Shown in pieces: positions 37,297 to 46,584 of a stretch of DNA of 64,000 bases. How positions within the stretch are numbered: the stretch's first letter is position 1; every line of letters begins with the position of its first letter. The DNA comes from Bacteroidota bacterium (lineage in GTDB: Bacteria > Bacteroidota > Bacteroidia > Chitinophagales > Chitinophagaceae). Below the pieces are notes generated by a model. That model was not told the origin of the DNA and ran no database searches. It saw nothing but the letters and a program-made list of their open reading frames with translations. A program made the translations under genes and the position numbers. The stretch covers positions 26,069 through 90,068 of the forward strand of contig JAEWKC010000016.1 in the NCBI GenBank assembly GCA_023386235.1, given 5' to 3'.

Positions 37297-37851
37297 TTAT
37301 TTACCGGCCGCTTTACCTGATTTACGACGAATGTATTCTCCAACGTATTTAACACCTTTTCCTTTGTAAGGCTCTGGTTTACGTAGGCTTCTGATCTTTG
37401 CCGCTACCTGGCCCAACAATTGCTTATCGGAACCTTCCAGTGAAATCAAAGGGTTTTTACCTTTTTCTGTAACGGTGGTTACTTTTAATTCTTTAGGAAT
37501 TTCAAAAATAATATTGTGTGAATAGCCTAAAGAAAGGTCTAATGTATTGCCCTGATTGGCGGCTTTAAAACCCACACCCACCAGTTCAAGGTCTTTTTTA
37601 AATCCTTCGTGCGCACCGTTTACAATATTGGCAAGTAAAGCGCGGGAAAGACCGTGCAATGATCTATGGCGTATCTGATCTGTAGGACGGGTCAATACAA
37701 TCTCTCCGTCTTTTACTTCTACAACGATATCGCGGTCAATTGCCTGCGTTAACTCTCCTTTGCTGCCTTTGGCAGTGATCACATTGTCTTTTCCAACCGT
37801 TACTGTAACTCCGTTTGGTATGGTGATTGGTTTTTTTCCTATACGAGACAT
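37297..37851 (-). CDS. rplF: 50S ribosomal protein L6 (uL6)
   Basis: MSRIGKKPITIPNGV start and PEPYKGKG near the C-terminus. Confidence 0.95.
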   Translation of the reverse strand: MSRIGKKPITIPNGVTVTVGKDNVITAKGSKGELTQAIDRDIVVEVKDGEIVLTRPTDQIRHRSLHGLSRALLANIVNGAHEGFKKDLELVGVGFKAANQGNTLDLSLGYSHNIIFEIPKELKVTTVTEKGKNPLISLEGSDKQLLGQVAAKIRSLRKPEPYKGKGVKYVGEYIRRKSGKAAGK

Positions 37852-38009
37852 AATGTATTAATTTTTATTTTTTTAAAAAATTGTTTGAAAATGTATTACC
37901 TAGCGCTTTCAGTTACCGTATAGAAAACTTAAATTGCCGGTAGGTTTTTATTGTTTTGAGACGTGCAAGATCCATTTTCAAGCAATCTGGCTGCGTCTTA
38001 TATTTTTTA

Positions 38010-38408
38010 TTAATAGATATGACAAAGAACTTCTCCACCCACATTTTCAGACTTTGCCTGCTTGTCGGTCATTACACCTTTGGATGTGCTGATGATGGCA
38101 ATACCTAAACCATTGATTACTCTTTTAAAGTCTGCCGGTTTTGAATATTGACGCAGGCCCGGTCTGCTAACGCGTTCCAGAGATTGGATAGCAGGCTGTT
38201 TTGTTTCAGGGTCATATTTCAGCGCTATTTTAATTACACCTTGTTTGTTATCTTCTTCAAATTTGTATTTAAGAATATATCCTTGAGTGTACAAAATTTC
38301 AGTTATGCGCTTTTTTAGATTAGACGCAGGAATTTCCACAATTCTGTGTCCGGCCATTTGTGCATTACGCACTCTTGTCAAAAAGTCTGCAATTGGATCT
38401 GTTACCAT
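38010..38408 (-). CDS. rpsH: 30S ribosomal protein S8 (uS8)
   Basis: DPIADFLTRVRNA start and GGEVLCHIY at the end. Confidence 0.95.
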   Translation of the reverse strand: MVTDPIADFLTRVRNAQMAGHRIVEIPASNLKKRITEILYTQGYILKYKFEEDNKQGVIKIALKYDPETKQPAIQSLERVSRPGLRQYSKPADFKRVINGLGIAIISTSKGVMTDKQAKSENVGGEVLCHIY

Positions 38409-38503
38409 TTTATATTTAATTAAATGCTTTCAAAAATAATTTGTTTGTGCTCTGCTAAGGGCTTTTTTGCCCAGCAGAAGTGTAGCTTTTAGCTACTTAG
38501 TTT

Positions 38504-38773
38504 TTACCAGCTGGCTTTCTTTACGCCCGGAATCTTACCATCTAAAGCCATATCGCGGAAGATTACTCTTGACATACCAAAATATCTTATGTAACCTTTA
38601 GGGCGACCTGTAAGCTGGCAACGGTTTTTAAGTCTAACCGGAGATGCATTACGAGGAAGTTTGTCTAAAGCTTCATAATCGCCAGCTTCTTTTAAAGCTT
38701 TACGCTTTTCGGCATAGCGGGCAACAGTTGCTTCGCGTTTTCTTTGTCTTGCTTTTATTGATTCTTTTGCCAT
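38504..38773 (-). CDS. rpsN: 30S ribosomal protein S14 (uS14, long non-zinc type)
   Basis: 89 aa ending ..IPGVKKASW, with no CxxC pairs. Confidence 0.95.
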   Translation of the reverse strand: MAKESIKARQRKREATVARYAEKRKALKEAGDYEALDKLPRNASPVRLKNRCQLTGRPKGYIRYFGMSRVIFRDMALDGKIPGVKKASW

Positions 38774-38794
38774 ATTTTTATATCCTAATTTTTA

Positions 38795-39370
38795 TTAGTT
38801 ATTATCTTTTTTAGCGTTTTTGAAAGGCAATCCCAATTCTTTCAACAGCTCGTATGCTTCTTCATTGCTTTGAGCGGAAGTAACGAAAGTGATATCCAAG
38901 CCTGTGATTTTGTTTACTTTATCGATATCTATTTCAGGGAAAATGATTTGCTCCGTTACGCCTAATGTATAGTTGCCTCTTCCGTCGAATGATTTATCGC
39001 TGATGCCTTTGAAGTCGCGTACACGTGGCAGAGATACAGAGATAAGGCGGTCAAGAAATTCGTACATTTTGCTTCCTCTTAAAGTTACTCTTGCGCCTAT
39101 GGGCATTCCTTTACGGAGCTTAAAGTTAGAGATATCTTTTTTAGAAAAGGTGGCTATAGCTTTTTGACCGGTGATTTGCGTTAGTTCATCTACTGCTATA
39201 TCAACCAGTTTTTTATCTGCTACGGCACCGTTAACGCCTCTGTTTAAGCAAATTTTTTCAAGCTTAGGAGCTTGCATGGGTGTTTTGTAATCAAATTTTT
39301 TGATTAATGCGGGCACCACTTCTTTTGTATATTTTTGAGCCAGTCTTGGCTGGTATGTATTTGTACTCAT
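38795..39370 (-). CDS. rplE: 50S ribosomal protein L5 (uL5)
   Basis: uL5 family translation. Its start overlaps the rplX stop in a TAATG junction. Confidence 0.95.
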   Translation of the reverse strand: MSTNTYQPRLAQKYTKEVVPALIKKFDYKTPMQAPKLEKICLNRGVNGAVADKKLVDIAVDELTQITGQKAIATFSKKDISNFKLRKGMPIGARVTLRGSKMYEFLDRLISVSLPRVRDFKGISDKSFDGRGNYTLGVTEQIIFPEIDIDKVNKITGLDITFVTSAQSNEEAYELLKELGLPFKNAKKDNN

Positions 39371-39708
39371 TATTTAATTGCCTCCCCTGATTTTTTAGAA
39401 ATACGAACTAGTTGACCATTTTCACGAGAGCGTTTCACTTTAGTTGGCGCGCTTTTTTTAGCGTCCCAAAGCATTACGTTGCTTATGGCTATTGGCGCTT
39501 CTGTTTTTACTATGCCGCCCTTTGTATTCTGAGCCGAGGGCTTGGTGTGCTTACTTACGAAGTTGGCACCTTCTACCACTACGCGACCTTTGTCTAAGAT
39601 CACTTCCAGCACAGTACGTGGTTTTTTTAGATCCTTATCATCTCCGGCGATGATCACTACCTGATCGCCTTTTTTGATATTGTATTTAGGTTTAAATCTG
39701 TTGCTCAT
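39370..39708 (-). CDS. rplX: 50S ribosomal protein L24 (uL24)
   Basis: KOW motif [16 protein letters not shown]. Confidence 0.95.
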   Translation of the reverse strand: MSNRFKPKYNIKKGDQVVIIAGDDKDLKKPRTVLEVILDKGRVVVEGANFVSKHTKPSAQNTKGGIVKTEAPIAISNVMLWDAKKSAPTKVKRSRENGQLVRISKKSGEAIK

Positions 39709-39792
39709 ATTTTTTATGCTTTTGGCTTAAAGCTTTATGCTCAAAGCGTACCTGATATATAATATTATAATGCCTGTTGGCTTTTGTTTATT

Positions 39793-40161
39793 TTAAAGTA
39801 CTTCGGGAGCTAAGGAAATAATTTTCATATATCCTTTATCACGGAGTTCGCGCGCCACGGGTCCGAAGATACGTGTACCTCTTGGCTCATCGGCATTATT
39901 CAATAACACTACTGCGTTATCGTCGAAGCGGATGTAAGAACCGTCTTTACGACGCAGTTTGTTGGTTGTGCGTACAATTACTGCTTTAGATACAGTACCT
40001 TTTTTGATACCTCCCGCAGGAATAGCGCTTTTTACGGTAACTACTATTTTATCGCCGATTTTAGCATAGTCCTGTCCGGAGTTGCCAAGTACTCTAATGC
40101 AAAGCACTTCTTTTGCGCCACTGTTATCTGCTACTGATAATCTGCTTTCTTGCTGAATCAT
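39793..40161 (-). CDS. rplN: 50S ribosomal protein L14 (uL14)
   Basis: [17 protein letters not shown] start; 122 aa. Confidence 0.97.
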   Translation of the reverse strand: MIQQESRLSVADNSGAKEVLCIRVLGNSGQDYAKIGDKIVVTVKSAIPAGGIKKGTVSKAVIVRTTNKLRRKDGSYIRFDDNAVVLLNNADEPRGTRIFGPVARELRDKGYMKIISLAPEVL

Positions 40162-40184
40162 TTTACTCTATTTTTATTTGATTC

Positions 40185-40218
40185 AGTACTAAGTACAGGG
40201 TACCGAGTACTGAGTACT
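40185..40218 (-). other. strong intergenic stem-loop between rpsQ and rplN
   Basis: agtactaagtac pairs with gtactgagtact (12 bp, one mismatch) around a 10-nt loop that contains GGTACC. Confidence 0.6.
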
Positions 40219-40225
40219 TTTAAAA

Positions 40226-40483
40226 CTATTTTGCTTTTTCAACGATTTCTACCAATCTCCAACGTTTTGTTTTGCTCAACGGACGGGTTTCCATTATTCT
40301 AACAATATCTCCAACGTTGGCTTCCTGCTTTTCGTCGTGAACGTGGAATTTTGTTGTTTTCTTTACGAATTTTCCATAAAGAGGGTGTTTTACTTTTCTT
40401 TGTACACCAACACTGATAGTTTTATCCATCTTATTGCTGTTAACAACACCTATTCTTGTTTTACGCAAATTTCTTTCAACCAT
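40226..40483 (-). CDS. rpsQ: 30S ribosomal protein S17 (uS17)
   Basis: uS17 family translation ([14 protein letters not shown].., [11 protein letters not shown]). Confidence 0.95.
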   Translation of the reverse strand: MVERNLRKTRIGVVNSNKMDKTISVGVQRKVKHPLYGKFVKKTTKFHVHDEKQEANVGDIVRIMETRPLSKTKRWRLVEIVEKAK

Positions 40484-40524
40484 TGTTATTTATTTTATGC
40501 TTAGAGCAGAGCTCGCTGCTATTT

Positions 40525-40728
40525 TTACGCTTTTCTTGTGTTTAATTCTGTTTTTAAACGAGCAATATCTTTTCTCAGGCTACGGATATTCATCGGATTT
40601 TCCAGCGGAGAGATTGCATGTGCAAATTCTACTTTTTTCAAACGCTGTTTATCTTCAAGAATACGAGCTTTCAAATCTTCTGTAGAAAGATCTTTGATTG
40701 CTTTATTAAATTCTGATGCCTTCGCCAT
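40525..40728 (-). CDS. rpmC: 50S ribosomal protein L29 (uL29)
   Basis: 67-aa helical protein lying between rplP and rpsQ. Confidence 0.9.
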   Translation of the reverse strand: MAKASEFNKAIKDLSTEDLKARILEDKQRLKKVEFAHAISPLENPMNIRSLRKDIARLKTELNTRKA

Positions 40729-40750
40729 TATATAATATATTTAAAATTGA

Positions 40751-41173
40751 TTATGCTGATATTAAGTCTTTACGAACTACAAACCTTGTTTGGATGGGTA
40801 GCTTTTGTGCTGCCAATTCCATAGCTCTTTTGGCTACTTCCATTGGTACGCCATCGCATTCAAAGATGATGCGCCCGGGTTCTACTACAGCAGCCCAATA
40901 TTCGGGATTACCTTTACCCTTACCCATACGTACTTCCGCTGGTTTTTTGGTAATGGGCTTATCGGGGAATATGCGAATCCATACATTACCTTCACGTTTC
41001 ATAGCACGTGTCATAGCCTGACGAGCAGCTTCTATCTGGCGGTTATTTAACCATATGGGCTCTACTGCTTTTAGTGCGTAAGACCCAAAAGATATGGTTG
41101 TACCTCTTTTAGCTACGTTTCTTATTCTGCCTTTCTGGGCTTTTCTGTGTTTTGATCTTTTCGGCTGTAACAT
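40751..41173 (-). CDS. rplP: 50S ribosomal protein L16 (uL16)
   Basis: [11 protein letters not shown] start and [10 protein letters not shown] motif. Confidence 0.97.
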   Translation of the reverse strand: MLQPKRSKHRKAQKGRIRNVAKRGTTISFGSYALKAVEPIWLNNRQIEAARQAMTRAMKREGNVWIRIFPDKPITKKPAEVRMGKGKGNPEYWAAVVEPGRIIFECDGVPMEVAKRAMELAAQKLPIQTRFVVRKDLISA

Positions 41174-41237
41174 TGTTCTTGATTAAATATTTTGTAATCT
41201 GATGATTGTTTGGTTTGTTGTCAATCTATCAAATAAA

Positions 41238-41330
41238 TTAATTTCTTCTGTCTCTTCTGTCTCCACCACCTCTTCTGTCTCTATCTCCACCGCCTCTTCT
41301 GTCTCTTCTGTCGTGATGACCACCACCTGC
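41238..41330. repeat. short tandem DNA repeats (tcttctgtctc units) encoding the uS3 tail
   Basis: tcttctgtctc recurs at about 41244, 41271 and 41295, interleaved with ccaccacc/ccaccgcc. Confidence 0.7.
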
Positions 41331-42014
41331 ATGAGGACCGGCTTCTTTGCCACCACCTATAAAATTAGGATTCAAATCTCTTTTACCTAAAACTTCTCCT
41401 TTACAAATCCAGATTTTAAGCCCTATTTTACCATAAACGGTTTGTGCGTATACGCTTGCATAATCTATATCCATACGGAAAGTATGCAAAGGCACCCTGC
41501 CTTGTTTGAACTCCTCAGAACGGGCTATTTCAGCTCCTCCCAAACGACCGCTGGCTTTCACCTTTATCCCTTCTGCGCCCATTCTAAGGGTAGAAGCGAT
41601 GGCCATTTTAATGGCGCGTTTAAAGTTGATACGGTTTTCTATCTGACGGGCAATTGTATCGCCTACGATAGCGGCATCAAGCTCAGGACGGCGAATTTCA
41701 AGAATATTGATTTGAACGTCGTTATTGTTGGTTAATTTTTTCAGCTCCTCTTTAATTCTGTCTACTTCATTTCCGCCTTTACCAATGATGATGCCCGGCT
41801 TGGAAGTATGAATGGTAACGATTAGTTTTCCTAAGGTGCGCTCGATAACAATTTTAGAAATTCCTCCTTTGTTAATACGTGCATTGAGGTAAGTTCTGAT
41901 TTTGTGATCTTCGATTAAGCGTTTAGAATACTCTTTGCTATTGCCATACCAATTACTGTCCCATCCGCGGATGATTCCCAGTCTGTTACCAATAGGATTT
42001 GCTTTTTGACCCAT
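41238..42014 (-). CDS. rpsC: 30S ribosomal protein S3 (uS3) with Arg/Gly/Asp repeat C-terminal tail
   Basis: [13 protein letters not shown] start and a KH-domain core. The last ~25 of 258 aa form the repeat tail [26 protein letters not shown], preceded by a Gly-rich linker. Confidence 0.95.
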   Translation of the reverse strand: MGQKANPIGNRLGIIRGWDSNWYGNSKEYSKRLIEDHKIRTYLNARINKGGISKIVIERTLGKLIVTIHTSKPGIIIGKGGNEVDRIKEELKKLTNNNDVQINILEIRRPELDAAIVGDTIARQIENRINFKRAIKMAIASTLRMGAEGIKVKASGRLGGAEIARSEEFKQGRVPLHTFRMDIDYASVYAQTVYGKIGLKIWICKGEVLGKRDLNPNFIGGGKEAGPHAGGGHHDRRDRRGGGDRDRRGGGDRRDRRN

Positions 42015-42031
42015 ATTGCTTATTTGTGATT

Positions 42032-42053
42032 TGAAGTTTATTGCTAAACTTCA
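42032..42053 (-). other. perfect 8-bp intergenic stem-loop between rplV and rpsC
   Basis: tgaagttt / aaacttca with loop attgct. Confidence 0.55.
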
Positions 42054-42064
42054 GGTTAATATTT

Positions 42065-42409
42065 TTATTTTTTTGAATCTACTACTATTGTTACGTGATT
42101 GCTGCGTTTGCGAATTTTGTATCCACGACCCTGAGGTGCCGGGCGCATGCGTTTGATAGTGCGGCCTTCATCTACATAGATGGTTTTTACAATCAAATCT
42201 GCATCTGCTGCGCTTTGTCCTTCATTGCCCTGCTCCCAGTTAGCGATTGCGCTTTTTAGCAATTTAGCTAACGGAACTGCATTGTGCTGAGGGTGATGCT
42301 CAAGAGTAGAAAGTGCTTTTTCCACTTCCATTCCGCGGATTACATCTGCCAGCAAACGCATTTTGCGTGGTCCTGTAGGATAATTTCTTAATTTAGCTAC
42401 TGCTTCCAT
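42065..42409 (-). CDS. rplV: 50S ribosomal protein L22 (uL22)
   Basis: uL22 family translation ([13 protein letters not shown]..); 114 aa. Confidence 0.95.
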   Translation of the reverse strand: MEAVAKLRNYPTGPRKMRLLADVIRGMEVEKALSTLEHHPQHNAVPLAKLLKSAIANWEQGNEGQSAADADLIVKTIYVDEGRTIKRMRPAPQGRGYKIRKRSNHVTIVVDSKK

Positions 42410-42488
42410 TTTCTTTTAGTTGAAAAGTTACTATGGTAAAAGTTGAAAAGATGTTATTTGTAAGCTGTCAACTTTACTATTATCTTAA

Positions 42489-42758
42489 TTATTTTTTGCT
42501 TCCTGCGTGTCCTCTGAAGTTTCTTGTAGGGGCAAATTCTCCTAATTTGTGGCCTACCATAAACTCTGTTACGTATACAGGTATAAATTTATTTCCGTTG
42601 TGTACGGCAAATGTATGTCCTACGAAATCGGGTGTAATGGTAGAGCGCCTGCTCCATGTTTTAATTACAGTTTTTTTCACTCCGCCTTCATTCATTCCCA
42701 ATACTTTTCCTTCGAGGTTGTGATCTACGTAAGGACCTTTTTTAATTGAACGACCCAT
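42489..42758 (-). CDS. rpsS: 30S ribosomal protein S19 (uS19)
   Basis: [12 protein letters not shown] start, and [23 protein letters not shown]. Confidence 0.97.
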   Translation of the reverse strand: MGRSIKKGPYVDHNLEGKVLGMNEGGVKKTVIKTWSRRSTITPDFVGHTFAVHNGNKFIPVYVTEFMVGHKLGEFAPTRNFRGHAGSKK

Positions 42759-42782
42759 ATTTTATAAGTTTTTAGTTGATTT

Positions 42783-42800
42783 GTCTCGTTGGTACGAGAC
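42783..42800 (-). other. perfect 6-bp GC-rich stem-loop between rplB and rpsS
   Basis: gtctcg ttggta cgagac. Confidence 0.5.
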
Positions 42801-42827
42801 CATTTTAACTGTTAAAAAAATTAATTA

Positions 42828-43664
42828 TTATTTACCTAACTTTTTACCGTTTTTACGCTGAATAATCAGTTTGTCTGAACCTTTTTTCTTACGGGTAATT
42901 TCACCTTTGGCGTACTTACCTGTTCTGCTTCTTGGGTGTCCGCCGGAAGCTCTACCTTCACCACCACCCATTGGGTGATCTACAGGGTTCATAGCTACAC
43001 CTCTAACTCTTGGGCGAATGCCTTTCCAGCGTTTGGCGCCCGCTTTACCCAGGCTTTTAAGGCTATGGTCGGAATTAGAAACTTCTCCAACAGTAGCATA
43101 TACGTTAATCAATACTTTTCTCAATTCACCTGAAGGCATTTTCAATACCGCGTATTTTTCTTCCTTATTGCTCAATTGTGCAGAAGCGCCTGCGCTTCTT
43201 ACCATTTTAGCACCATGTCCTGGCTGCAGTTCTACGTTGTGAATGATAGTACCCAGGGGCATATTTTTCAATTGAAGCGCATTGCCCAATTCGGGGGCTA
43301 CGCTATCTCCTGAAATTACCGTGGCGCCTACCTGTAATCCTTTTGGCGCAATGATGTATCTTTTTTCTCCATCAGTATATTCTACTAATGCGATAAAAGC
43401 GGTACGGTTTGGATCGTACTCAATAGATACCACTTTTGCTTCTATTCCTTTTTTGTCGCGTTTAAAATCTATAATGCGATAATGATGCTTATTTCCGCCT
43501 CCTCTGTGCCTCATAGAACGACGTCCCTGTGAGTTTCTGCCGCCCGTTTTGTGCTGGGGCTCCAACAAACTTTTTTCGGGTTTATTGGTAGTAATCTCAG
43601 CATATGCATTACCGATTTTCCAGCGGGTGCCTGCGGTTACTGATTTAAAATTTTTTAAAGCCAT
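42828..43664 (-). CDS. rplB: 50S ribosomal protein L2 (uL2)
   Basis: [26 protein letters not shown]. Confidence 0.97.
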   Translation of the reverse strand: MALKNFKSVTAGTRWKIGNAYAEITTNKPEKSLLEPQHKTGGRNSQGRRSMRHRGGGNKHHYRIIDFKRDKKGIEAKVVSIEYDPNRTAFIALVEYTDGEKRYIIAPKGLQVGATVISGDSVAPELGNALQLKNMPLGTIIHNVELQPGHGAKMVRSAGASAQLSNKEEKYAVLKMPSGELRKVLINVYATVGEVSNSDHSLKSLGKAGAKRWKGIRPRVRGVAMNPVDHPMGGGEGRASGGHPRSRTGKYAKGEITRKKKGSDKLIIQRKNGKKLGK

Positions 43665-43719
43665 TGTTTTTCTTTTTTCGGAATTATCAGCTCCGATTAC
43701 TATAGTTTATTTATTTAGA

Positions 43720-44019
43720 TTAAATATTTGAATACAAATCAATTGTTTCGCCTTCAGCCAATGTTACATAGGCTTTTTTGTAAGCTGGTTTTACACCTTG
43801 CACATAACCGGTTTTTGTAAAACGCGATTTGTTTTTGCCGGGTACTACCACCGTGTTTACATCCACTACCGCCACTCCATAAAAAGCTTCAACAGCAGAT
43901 TTGATCTCTAATTTATTAGCCTTACGACTTACTTTAAAAGTGTATCTGTTCTGCTTTTCCTGTTGCAGATTGGCTTTTTCGGTAAGTATAGGTTTTAGTA
44001 AAACTTCTGTAAGTTTCAT
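43720..44019 (-). CDS. rplW: 50S ribosomal protein L23 (uL23)
   Basis: uL23 family translation lying between rplD and rplB. Confidence 0.93.
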   Translation of the reverse strand: MKLTEVLLKPILTEKANLQQEKQNRYTFKVSRKANKLEIKSAVEAFYGVAVVDVNTVVVPGKNKSRFTKTGYVQGVKPAYKKAYVTLAEGETIDLYSNI

Positions 44020-44056
44020 TTCTTTTTAATTTAATTAATTATTCAATCTGTGTTTA

Positions 44057-44692
44057 TTAAGCTTCTACCTCTTCTGCTTCATTCATAAGCTTTACCGCTC
44101 CTTCGCTAAGTACCAGTACATCTGCATTGATAATGCTGTATGTATTGATATCGTCAATAATGGTGCTTTCAATTTTTGGCAGGTTGCGCAAGCTTAAGTA
44201 CATGTTCTTATTGTCTTGTGTAAGTACATAAAGCACTTTCTTATCGCCTATGTTCATTCCTTTCAGAACGTCTACTACTTCTTTTGTTTTTGGTGCATCC
44301 AGGTTAAAATCTTCTACTACCATCAACGCGCTGTCTTTCATTTTGTGAGAAAGTGCACTAAACTTGGCCAGATTTTTTACTTTCTTATTTAATTTGAAAG
44401 AGTAACCGTGCGGTTTGGGGCCAAATATAGTACCACCGCCTTTATATAAAGGGTTACGGATATTGCCTTTACGAGAGCCTCCCGTACCTTTCTGCTTGTG
44501 TAGTTTGCGGCTTGAACCTTTTACCTCGGCGCGGGTTTTTACTTTGTGTGTACCCTGGCGCTGAGATGCTAAGTACTGCTTAACAGCCAGATAAATGGCA
44601 TGATCATTTGGCTCAATTCCAAATACATCTTCCGGAAGCTCAATTGTTCTACCGGTATTTTGTCCTTTTCTATTTAAAACTTCTACTTGCAT
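44057..44692 (-). CDS. rplD: 50S ribosomal protein L4 (uL4)
   Basis: KQKGTGGSRKG motif; 211 aa. Confidence 0.95.
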   Translation of the reverse strand: MQVEVLNRKGQNTGRTIELPEDVFGIEPNDHAIYLAVKQYLASQRQGTHKVKTRAEVKGSSRKLHKQKGTGGSRKGNIRNPLYKGGGTIFGPKPHGYSFKLNKKVKNLAKFSALSHKMKDSALMVVEDFNLDAPKTKEVVDVLKGMNIGDKKVLYVLTQDNKNMYLSLRNLPKIESTIIDDINTYSIINADVLVLSEGAVKLMNEAEEVEA

Positions 44693-44736
44693 TTTTTTCT
44701 TTTTTCTGTAAAGAAATGTAATTGCTTTACTATTTA

Positions 44737-45354
44737 TTATTTCTGGATGAAAACTACCGACCCGTTATGACCGGGCACAGAACCACTTACCAAGATATAG
44801 TTTTTCTCAGGGAATATTTTTACTACTTTCAATCCTTTCATTTTCACTCTGTCGCCACCCATTCTTCCGGCCATTCTCATTCCTTTGAAAACCCTGGAAG
44901 GATAAGATGATCCACCGATAGAACCCGGCGCTCTCTGACGGTCGTGCTGACCGTGCGATTGCTCTCCCACACCGGCAAATCCGTGGCGCTTTACAACACC
45001 CTGAAAACCTTTACCTTTTGTGATACCCACAACGCTTACGGTTTCACCTTCTTCGAAGATGTCTACGCTTACAGTTTCACCTATATTTTTTTCGATTGAA
45101 AAATCACGAAATTCTTTTACAACTTTTTTTGCCGTGGTGTTGGCTTTAGAGAAGTGATTCAATTCGGCTTTGGGAGTATTTTTTTCTTTTTTCTCGCCGA
45201 ATGCAAGTTGCAATGCGCTATAGCCATCTGTTTCACCGGTTTTTACCTGTGTAACAACGTTTGGCTCAGCTTCAATGATAGTAACCGCTACTTGTTTCCC
45301 TTCGGGACCAAATACACTGGTCATACCAATTTTTTTACCAATAATTGCTTTCAT
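44737..45354 (-). CDS. rplC: 50S ribosomal protein L3 (uL3)
   Basis: [15 protein letters not shown] is a typical uL3 start, so I took the start at ATG 45354. The tracked extension to 45417 is non-homologous. Confidence 0.95.
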   Translation of the reverse strand: MKAIIGKKIGMTSVFGPEGKQVAVTIIEAEPNVVTQVKTGETDGYSALQLAFGEKKEKNTPKAELNHFSKANTTAKKVVKEFRDFSIEKNIGETVSVDIFEEGETVSVVGITKGKGFQGVVKRHGFAGVGEQSHGQHDRQRAPGSIGGSSYPSRVFKGMRMAGRMGGDRVKMKGLKVVKIFPEKNYILVSGSVPGHNGSVVFIQK

Positions 45355-45656
45355 TTTATTTTGCGGTTTATGCCCCGCTTGGTTATGGAGACATTTCTGA
45401 ATGGTGCAGAAATTCAATCTCTCGTTTTCATCGACCTTTTCCTTTGCTATTTCCCACTTGAAATTTCGGAAGTACCGACGATAAACAAACCTCGAAGGGC
45501 TTTGTTTATATGTTATGCTTCTGACTTTTGCCAGAAACGGTTTAATATTTTTCTGATCAGAGCTCTTTTCTCGTACTTAGCACGATTGAGAGATGACATT
45601 TTTTTATTTAGAAAGAACTGATGCGATATTTTATACCGCGTAATTATAAATCCAGA

Positions 45657-45962
45657 TTATGCTTTGATCTCTACTTCAACGCCTGATGGCAGGTCTAATT
45701 TGCTTAACGCATCCACTGTTCTTGAAGAAGAAGTATAAATATCCAACAAGCGCTTGTGCGTAGCTAATTGAAACTGCTCACGGCTCTTTTTGTTTACGTG
45801 TGGAGAACGCAAAACAGTAAATATTTTTTTATGCGTAGGCAAAGGAATAGGTCCTGTAACTACCGCTCCTGTTCCGCGAACTGTTTTTACGATTTTCTCA
45901 GCAGACTTGTCAACAAGGCTGTGATCGTATGACTGTAATTTGATTCTAATTCTTTGAGACAT
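45657..45962 (-). CDS. rpsJ: 30S ribosomal protein S10 (uS10)
   Basis: [14 protein letters not shown] start. I took the start at ATG 45962 because the tracked start at 45995 lies inside the putative -7 box. Confidence 0.95.
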   Translation of the reverse strand: MSQRIRIKLQSYDHSLVDKSAEKIVKTVRGTGAVVTGPIPLPTHKKIFTVLRSPHVNKKSREQFQLATHKRLLDIYTSSSRTVDALSKLDLPSGVEVEIKA

Positions 45963-45992
45963 AATCTGACCCAATTTTTTAATTTGGGATTG

Positions 45993-46000
45993 CAAAGGTA
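45993..46000 (-). promoter_or_regulatory. candidate -7 promoter box TACCTTTG for the S10-spc cluster
   Basis: Matches TAnnTTTG on the minus strand, 31 nt upstream of the rpsJ ATG. Confidence 0.4.
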
Positions 46001-46287
46001 CTATATTATTTTTTTAATCCAAATAATTTTTGCTTTTTTTTAAATTTCTACGCTCAGGTTGGAAGCGCAACCTGCCTGTGTGTGTTTATTTTTAAATGCA
46101 TACTATTTATTGAAAGTTGTTGAAACATGTATACAATTTTATAACTTAATGATTTCAAAATAAATATATTTACAAATTAAATTAAATGTATTGATATTCT
46201 TTTAATAAAGCGTTATCTTGGCATGGTTTTAGATTTATGCAAGCATATTACAACATTTTTATTAAAAAAAATTAAATTGTATATACT

Positions 46288-46530
46288 ATGACTAAATTCA
46301 CAAAACCAGCATTGAAAAGCATTTATGCAACTGTAGCTCTGTTTTTTATGAGCATTATGACTACTATAGCTCAAGAAACGTCTAAATTGGATGTAGACGT
46401 TGATTTGGGCGGCGACGGCCCCGCAGGCGGCGCCTGGTATTCTCAAACCTGGGTATGGATTGTGGGAGGCCTTGTATTCATTCTGTTGTTAGTAGCTCTT
46501 TTAAGAGGCGGTAACAACAACAAAGCATAA
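46288..46530 (+). CDS. small hypothetical membrane-anchored protein
   Basis: 80 aa with an N-terminal signal-like segment and a C-terminal TM (WVWIVGGLVFILLLVALL). A terminator follows directly downstream. Confidence 0.45.
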   Translation: MTKFTKPALKSIYATVALFFMSIMTTIAQETSKLDVDVDLGGDGPAGGAWYSQTWVWIVGGLVFILLLVALLRGGNNNKA

Positions 46531-46548
46531 TTATTATAAGGTATTATT

Positions 46549-46584
46549 TTTAAAGCCGTCTTACACAGATGGCTTTATTTTTTT
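46549..46584. terminator. terminator shared by convergent small ORF and DUF502 gene
   Basis: aaagccgtct / agatggcttt (one G-U wobble), loop tacac, followed by aTTTTTTT. Confidence 0.7.

Noticed and set aside
42418-42450. Direct repeat agttgaaaag twice, considered as a mini repeat array or CRISPR-like
   Set aside because: There are only two 10-nt copies with a 13-nt spacer inside an r-protein spacer. It is far too short for CRISPR, so I report it only as part of local RNA structure.
45154-45621. 155-aa plus-strand ORF across the rplC 5' end and the rpsJ-rplC spacer
   Set aside because: It is antisense to a highly conserved r-protein gene over half its length, with a hydrophobic, low-complexity translation and no start context. 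I treat the spacer as non-coding.
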